Shown here in pieces: positions 24,813-28,658 of a stretch of DNA of 28,658 nt. This DNA is from a virus (Duplodnaviria > Caudoviricetes), in the IMG/VR virus record IMGVR_UViG_3300005805_000342, positions 1-28,658 of that record. One strand, given 5' to 3'. The notes under the pieces were generated by a model, which was not told where the DNA came from, searched no databases, and saw only the letters and a program-made list of their open reading frames with translations. The position numbers were made by a program, and so were the translations under genes. Within the stretch, counting starts at the first letter, position 1, and the number at the start of each line of letters is the position of its first letter.

Positions 24813-24886
24813 TCGGGATGACAGGATTCGAACCTGCGACATCTCGCTCCCAAAGCGAGTGCTCTACCAAACTGAGCTACATCCCG
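24813..24886 (-). tRNA. trnP: tRNA-Pro(TGG)
   Basis: CGGGATGTAGCTCAGTTTGGTAGAGCA-CTCGC-TTTGGGA-GCGAG-ATGTC-GCAGGTTCGAATCCTGT-CATCCCGA. Confidence 0.96.
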
Positions 24887-24890
24887 AAGG

Positions 24891-24975
24891 CGGAAAGGGT
24901 GGGATTCGAACCCACGGATGCTTTCACATCGCTAGTTTTCAAGACTAGAGCCTTCAACCACTCGACCACCTTTCC
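24891..24975 (-). tRNA. trnS: tRNA-Ser(TGA)
   Basis: GGAAAGGTGGTCGAGTGGTTGAAGGCT-CTAGT-CTTGAAA-ACTAG, long variable arm, GTGGGTTCGAATCCCAC-CCTTTCCG. Confidence 0.96.
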
Positions 24976-24976
24976 A

Positions 24977-24995
24977 TAAAAGGGGGTTTCCCCCC
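24977..24995 (-). terminator. terminator-like hairpin after the beta-barrel gene, abutting tRNA-Ser
   Basis: GGGGG-GAAA-CCCCC-TTTTA. Confidence 0.55.
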
Positions 24996-25010
24996 ACAAG
25001 ATTATATATC

Positions 25011-25379
25011 TCAGAAAGAGTAACGAACTTTCAGTTCACCACCAAGAGCAAAGACTTCGCTATCAAAACCATACTCACCAGCAACTTTAGCTTTGCCAGT
25101 CAGGTTTTTAGCGATAGGGAAGTTAATACCAACTTCACCCACAGCAACACCTTCATTGGTGCCACCATTGTTCCACTCGTAACCAGGGCCGATTTCACCG
25201 AATACGGTTACACCACCAGTCTTTTGCTCGTAACCAACACGAAGTTCGGTTTGAGCACCAGTGAAATCACCACCATCGGTAATGACGCCAGCAGCAGTAG
25301 TCTTAGACTCCACATAGGGAGCTGCCATAGCAGGTGCCGCCAGCATAGGCAGAACGGCAAGAGCAATGAATTGTTTCAT
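25011..25379 (-). CDS. small outer-membrane beta-barrel-like protein with signal peptide
   Basis: MKQFIALAVLPMLAAPAMA signal peptide; alternating Gly/aromatic strands; C-terminal KVRYSF BAM-type signal; GAGGA SD. Confidence 0.75.
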   Translation of the reverse strand: MKQFIALAVLPMLAAPAMAAPYVESKTTAAGVITDGGDFTGAQTELRVGYEQKTGGVTVFGEIGPGYEWNNGGTNEGVAVGEVGINFPIAKNLTGKAKVAGEYGFDSEVFALGGELKVRYSF

Positions 25380-25384
25380 AAAAA

Positions 25385-25621
25385 TTATTCCTCAGAATTA
25401 TTTAAGATTTCCCCTTCAGGGGAGTCAGTATTATAGGGCAATTCAGATCCCCTGTCAAGGGTTTTGATGGCATACAAGGAAGATTTAAAATATCTAGAGA
25501 CCTTCTTCATCTCTTTCCAAGTTTCTTTTTTACCCAATTCCTTTTTGTGGATTTTTTGTATTGCTCCAAGTTCATCCATTTGTTTAAGAATTTTTCTTGT
25601 CAAATAGTCATCTTTGCTCAT
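25385..25621 (-). CDS. hypothetical basic protein
   Basis: 78 aa ORF coupled by TAATG to the upstream gene. Confidence 0.6.
   Translation of the reverse strand: MSKDDYLTRKILKQMDELGAIQKIHKKELGKKETWKEMKKVSRYFKSSLYAIKTLDRGSELPYNTDSPEGEILNNSEE
25430..25458 (-). promoter_or_regulatory. consensus sigma70 promoter for the beta-barrel gene
   Basis: TTGACA (25458-25453), 17 nt, TATAAT (25435-25430). Confidence 0.85.
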
Positions 25622-28269
25622 TAAATTTCTCCTTGTATTTCTGTGTCAACACTTAAGTATTGTGTTCTGACAAATCCGTGCTTTCCATCAGAAGGTTCAT
25701 AATCATCTCGGGTACGGACATCATCAACTTTAATAGTAAATCTAAAATTAGTTCCTGGTTTGGTTGCACGTTTTACTCTATTTCCGTCAGATGGATCTGG
25801 AAATTGTAACACATGCCAACTATCAGAATCAGCAGTAATAATATCCCACCAAGGTTGAGTTCCCTGAGATTTTGTTGGTGGCATTCTACCTGGCAACTGA
25901 TCATTTTCAGCAAATCCAGTGCCTTTACCCCAAGGTGGTATGCCAACTAATCGAACTCTAGTAGACCAAGTATTAGATCCAGTTCTTATAGGAGTCCATT
26001 GCAGAGCAAGTTCTAAACTTCTTCCACGATATAAAGATGATCTTTCAGATGCATCTGAATTTTTTTCTCCTTGATAAGATCCAAAAAATAAATATCCTAA
26101 TCTACCATCTGTTAGTCCACTTGGATAACCCTCTGCTGCACCATCTTTAGTAACTCCCCAAAAATAATGATATTGGAAAGTTCTACCATTCATAAAATCT
26201 TCCCAAACTCCTGTACCCATTCCAGGAACAAGAATTTCTCTTGGAGATCCTGCATTAGTATACAATGGATATTCTACATTGTCAAATATAAATGTAAATT
26301 TTTGTGGTCTCCCTCCTCCAAATCCACCTCCACCTTTGCGAAGAGATGCATCGGCATTCGTAGGTGTATTCCATCCAGAGTGAAATCCGCCAACTGCTTG
26401 ATCAAAATATTCCAGAGATACCGCAGGATGATCTATAACATAACTCCATCCAGCAGACCCGCCCTGTCCTGTAGAGTCTCTATTTGAACAAGAACCGCCA
26501 GTAAGACCCATACCATCAGCAGTAAGACCTCTAGCACCTTCATTGCCTCCACCGCCTCCTCCGCCTCCTCCGTCACCCGAAGTGAGATTCTGACCATCTT
26601 TTCCATGTGCTTCTTTTGTTGACCATAGTGTACTACCATCTGGTTTTTTAATTTTCAATGCAAAACCAGCAGGATTTCTTTGCCAATCATTTTCACTTGT
26701 AGCATTTACACCATTACCAACAATTACTCGTATTACATATCTTCCAGAAGAAGAAATATTGTAATTGGAAATATCTGGATTTGCTGCACGAAACTCAGAT
26801 GTCCATCCAACTAGAGTCCAAGATTGAGCTCCTGATACAGTAGCAGGTAAAGAGGATGGAGGTGTTATAAAACCATTATTATTACTCATCAACTCATCCC
26901 CAAGAATGGCTTCAAAAGATCCATTATACAAAATGTCAGATACATAACTACCTTCTCCAGGATCAAACCAAGGAGCAATATAAACTGCCATTTGATTATC
27001 CGCTTGCATCTCAAATTTGTATGATCCAGTTACAGAAAAATTCAAATTAACTCTATTTTCTAATTCTTGTCCCGCATAATTTTGTTGTCCAGGATTAAAC
27101 CAAACTACATAATCATTAAACCATTCACTCCATAAAGAATGTTTTACTGGTGGTTCAAATACATTCTTAGCCATTAAAGTAGTAAATCTTGATCTACTTA
27201 AAGCATCAGAAGAAGTTTCTAAATCCTCATTCCAAGTGTAATTATCCCAATTACCCCAAGGTTTACCAGTAGATCCTTTGTAATAATTACACCCATTACC
27301 ACCTCCACCGCCGCCGCCACCTATAGAAGCAATCAATCTATCATTGAGGTAAACGTCCGTAGCTCCTCCACCGCTTCCACCGTATCCTGATACACCATTA
27401 GGACCAGCATAACCACCAAACCCTCCACGATTATATCCTGGTAAAGTCCTACGTGGTTTATTATCATAACTCCTTCCAGATAATCCTCCACCACCAATAA
27501 CAATTGTTAATTGATTTCTAACAAGAATATCTAAATTAACTGTGAGATATGCAAATGAACCAGTCCCTCCAGAATTATTTCCACTTCCAGTTGGTCCATC
27601 AGCAGCATCACCACCACCAGCACCTCCTCCTGCACCAAAAATAATAATTGATACGGCATTAATACCAATAGGTATAGTGTTGGTATAAATTCCAGGTGAA
27701 GAATAATAATCTAAGGCACCACAAATAAGACTATGGTAATAGCGATAAGTTATAGGTTGTAAACTACTTTGTAATCCAGTATCAGGAACAACAGGACCAC
27801 TATAGTCAGTAACAACAGGGCGGCAATGTCTAAAATAACTAATTGTTTGTGTGGTTCCATCTGGAAGTTCTAATTCAACTTCCTGCACTTCACATTCCAT
27901 TGTAGGAACATCTAAATTCAAATTTGATATTCCATTGTCAGGAATTGGATTATATGCAGGAACAAAATCAGGATCTTCTAGTTCTGCACAAAGCTCAGTC
28001 AAAATATTTTGACCGTCTCCACCATCGAATAAATTTGGTACATCACAAATAGGACCATATCCATCACCAGTCAAAAGATTTCTAACCTGAACTGTTCTAC
28101 AAATCTTAGGTGATATTCTATTTTGAGTAATTGTTTCAGTATCAAATTGAAATTCTTGACCTATATTTGGTTCATCAAGAATAACTTCTCTCGCAACAAA
28201 TCCCACCTCTGGAGGAGGAGCTATATCACAAATAGGTCCATATAATCCTTGTGGATAATATAACGTCAT
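25621..28269 (-). CDS. large glycine-rich putative virion/tail-fibre protein with possible PA14-like domain
   Basis: GAGGGAGGG and GGGGGGGGNG glycine-rich blocks flank GSYKFEMQADNQMAVYI...NPAGFALKI; duplicated YGPICD motif. Confidence 0.65.
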   Translation of the reverse strand: MTLYYPQGLYGPICDIAPPPEVGFVAREVILDEPNIGQEFQFDTETITQNRISPKICRTVQVRNLLTGDGYGPICDVPNLFDGGDGQNILTELCAELEDPDFVPAYNPIPDNGISNLNLDVPTMECEVQEVELELPDGTTQTISYFRHCRPVVTDYSGPVVPDTGLQSSLQPITYRYYHSLICGALDYYSSPGIYTNTIPIGINAVSIIIFGAGGGAGGGDAADGPTGSGNNSGGTGSFAYLTVNLDILVRNQLTIVIGGGGLSGRSYDNKPRRTLPGYNRGGFGGYAGPNGVSGYGGSGGGATDVYLNDRLIASIGGGGGGGGNGCNYYKGSTGKPWGNWDNYTWNEDLETSSDALSRSRFTTLMAKNVFEPPVKHSLWSEWFNDYVVWFNPGQQNYAGQELENRVNLNFSVTGSYKFEMQADNQMAVYIAPWFDPGEGSYVSDILYNGSFEAILGDELMSNNNGFITPPSSLPATVSGAQSWTLVGWTSEFRAANPDISNYNISSSGRYVIRVIVGNGVNATSENDWQRNPAGFALKIKKPDGSTLWSTKEAHGKDGQNLTSGDGGGGGGGGGNEGARGLTADGMGLTGGSCSNRDSTGQGGSAGWSYVIDHPAVSLEYFDQAVGGFHSGWNTPTNADASLRKGGGGFGGGRPQKFTFIFDNVEYPLYTNAGSPREILVPGMGTGVWEDFMNGRTFQYHYFWGVTKDGAAEGYPSGLTDGRLGYLFFGSYQGEKNSDASERSSLYRGRSLELALQWTPIRTGSNTWSTRVRLVGIPPWGKGTGFAENDQLPGRMPPTKSQGTQPWWDIITADSDSWHVLQFPDPSDGNRVKRATKPGTNFRFTIKVDDVRTRDDYEPSDGKHGFVRTQYLSVDTEIQGEI

Positions 28270-28304
28270 TGATATCGCAATTTCTTTACATTACTATTTA
28301 ACCA

Positions 28305-28331
28305 TAAAAAAGACCCCCCGAAGGGAGTCTT
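28305..28331 (-). terminator. Rho-independent terminator of psbA
   Basis: AAGACTCCC-TTCG-GGGGGTCTT-TTTT; UUCG tetraloop typical of T4-like phages. Confidence 0.9.
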
Positions 28332-28350
28332 AAAAACTATTGAGTTTTTA

Positions 28351-28658
<308 letters not shown>

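Overview
Segment of an AT-rich T4-like cyanophage (cyanomyovirus, Kyanoviridae-like) genome, mostly on the minus strand. Reading the minus strand right to left: 3' end of psbA; a large Gly-rich putative virion protein; a small outer-membrane beta-barrel-like protein; tRNA-Ser and tRNA-Pro; then glutaredoxin, RNase H, thyX, phoH, a PD-(D/E)XK exonuclease, gp33, gp59, DUF1825-like and gp32. A short plus-strand block carries gp4, gp48 and gp53. The minus-strand baseplate-hub module follows: gp54-like, gp26, a short gp51-like ORF, two paralogous tape-measure-like proteins carrying three different peptidoglycan hydrolase domains, and a gp27-like hub. An inserted island holds cp12, cpeT, tRNA-Val, tRNA-Ile, a structured leader and a signal-peptide lysozyme, followed by gp5, two small early genes and tRNA-Leu. 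The top candidate is a -1 programmed ribosomal frameshift (T TTT TTC) joining gp26 to the gp51-like ORF just upstream of the tape-measure-like genes, reminiscent of lambda G/GT. Other candidates: a structured RNA leader before the lysozyme, a cpeT stop codon lying inside tRNA-Val, and sigma70 promoters whose -35 box sits in a palindrome. All assignments come from motif recognition only; no searches were run.
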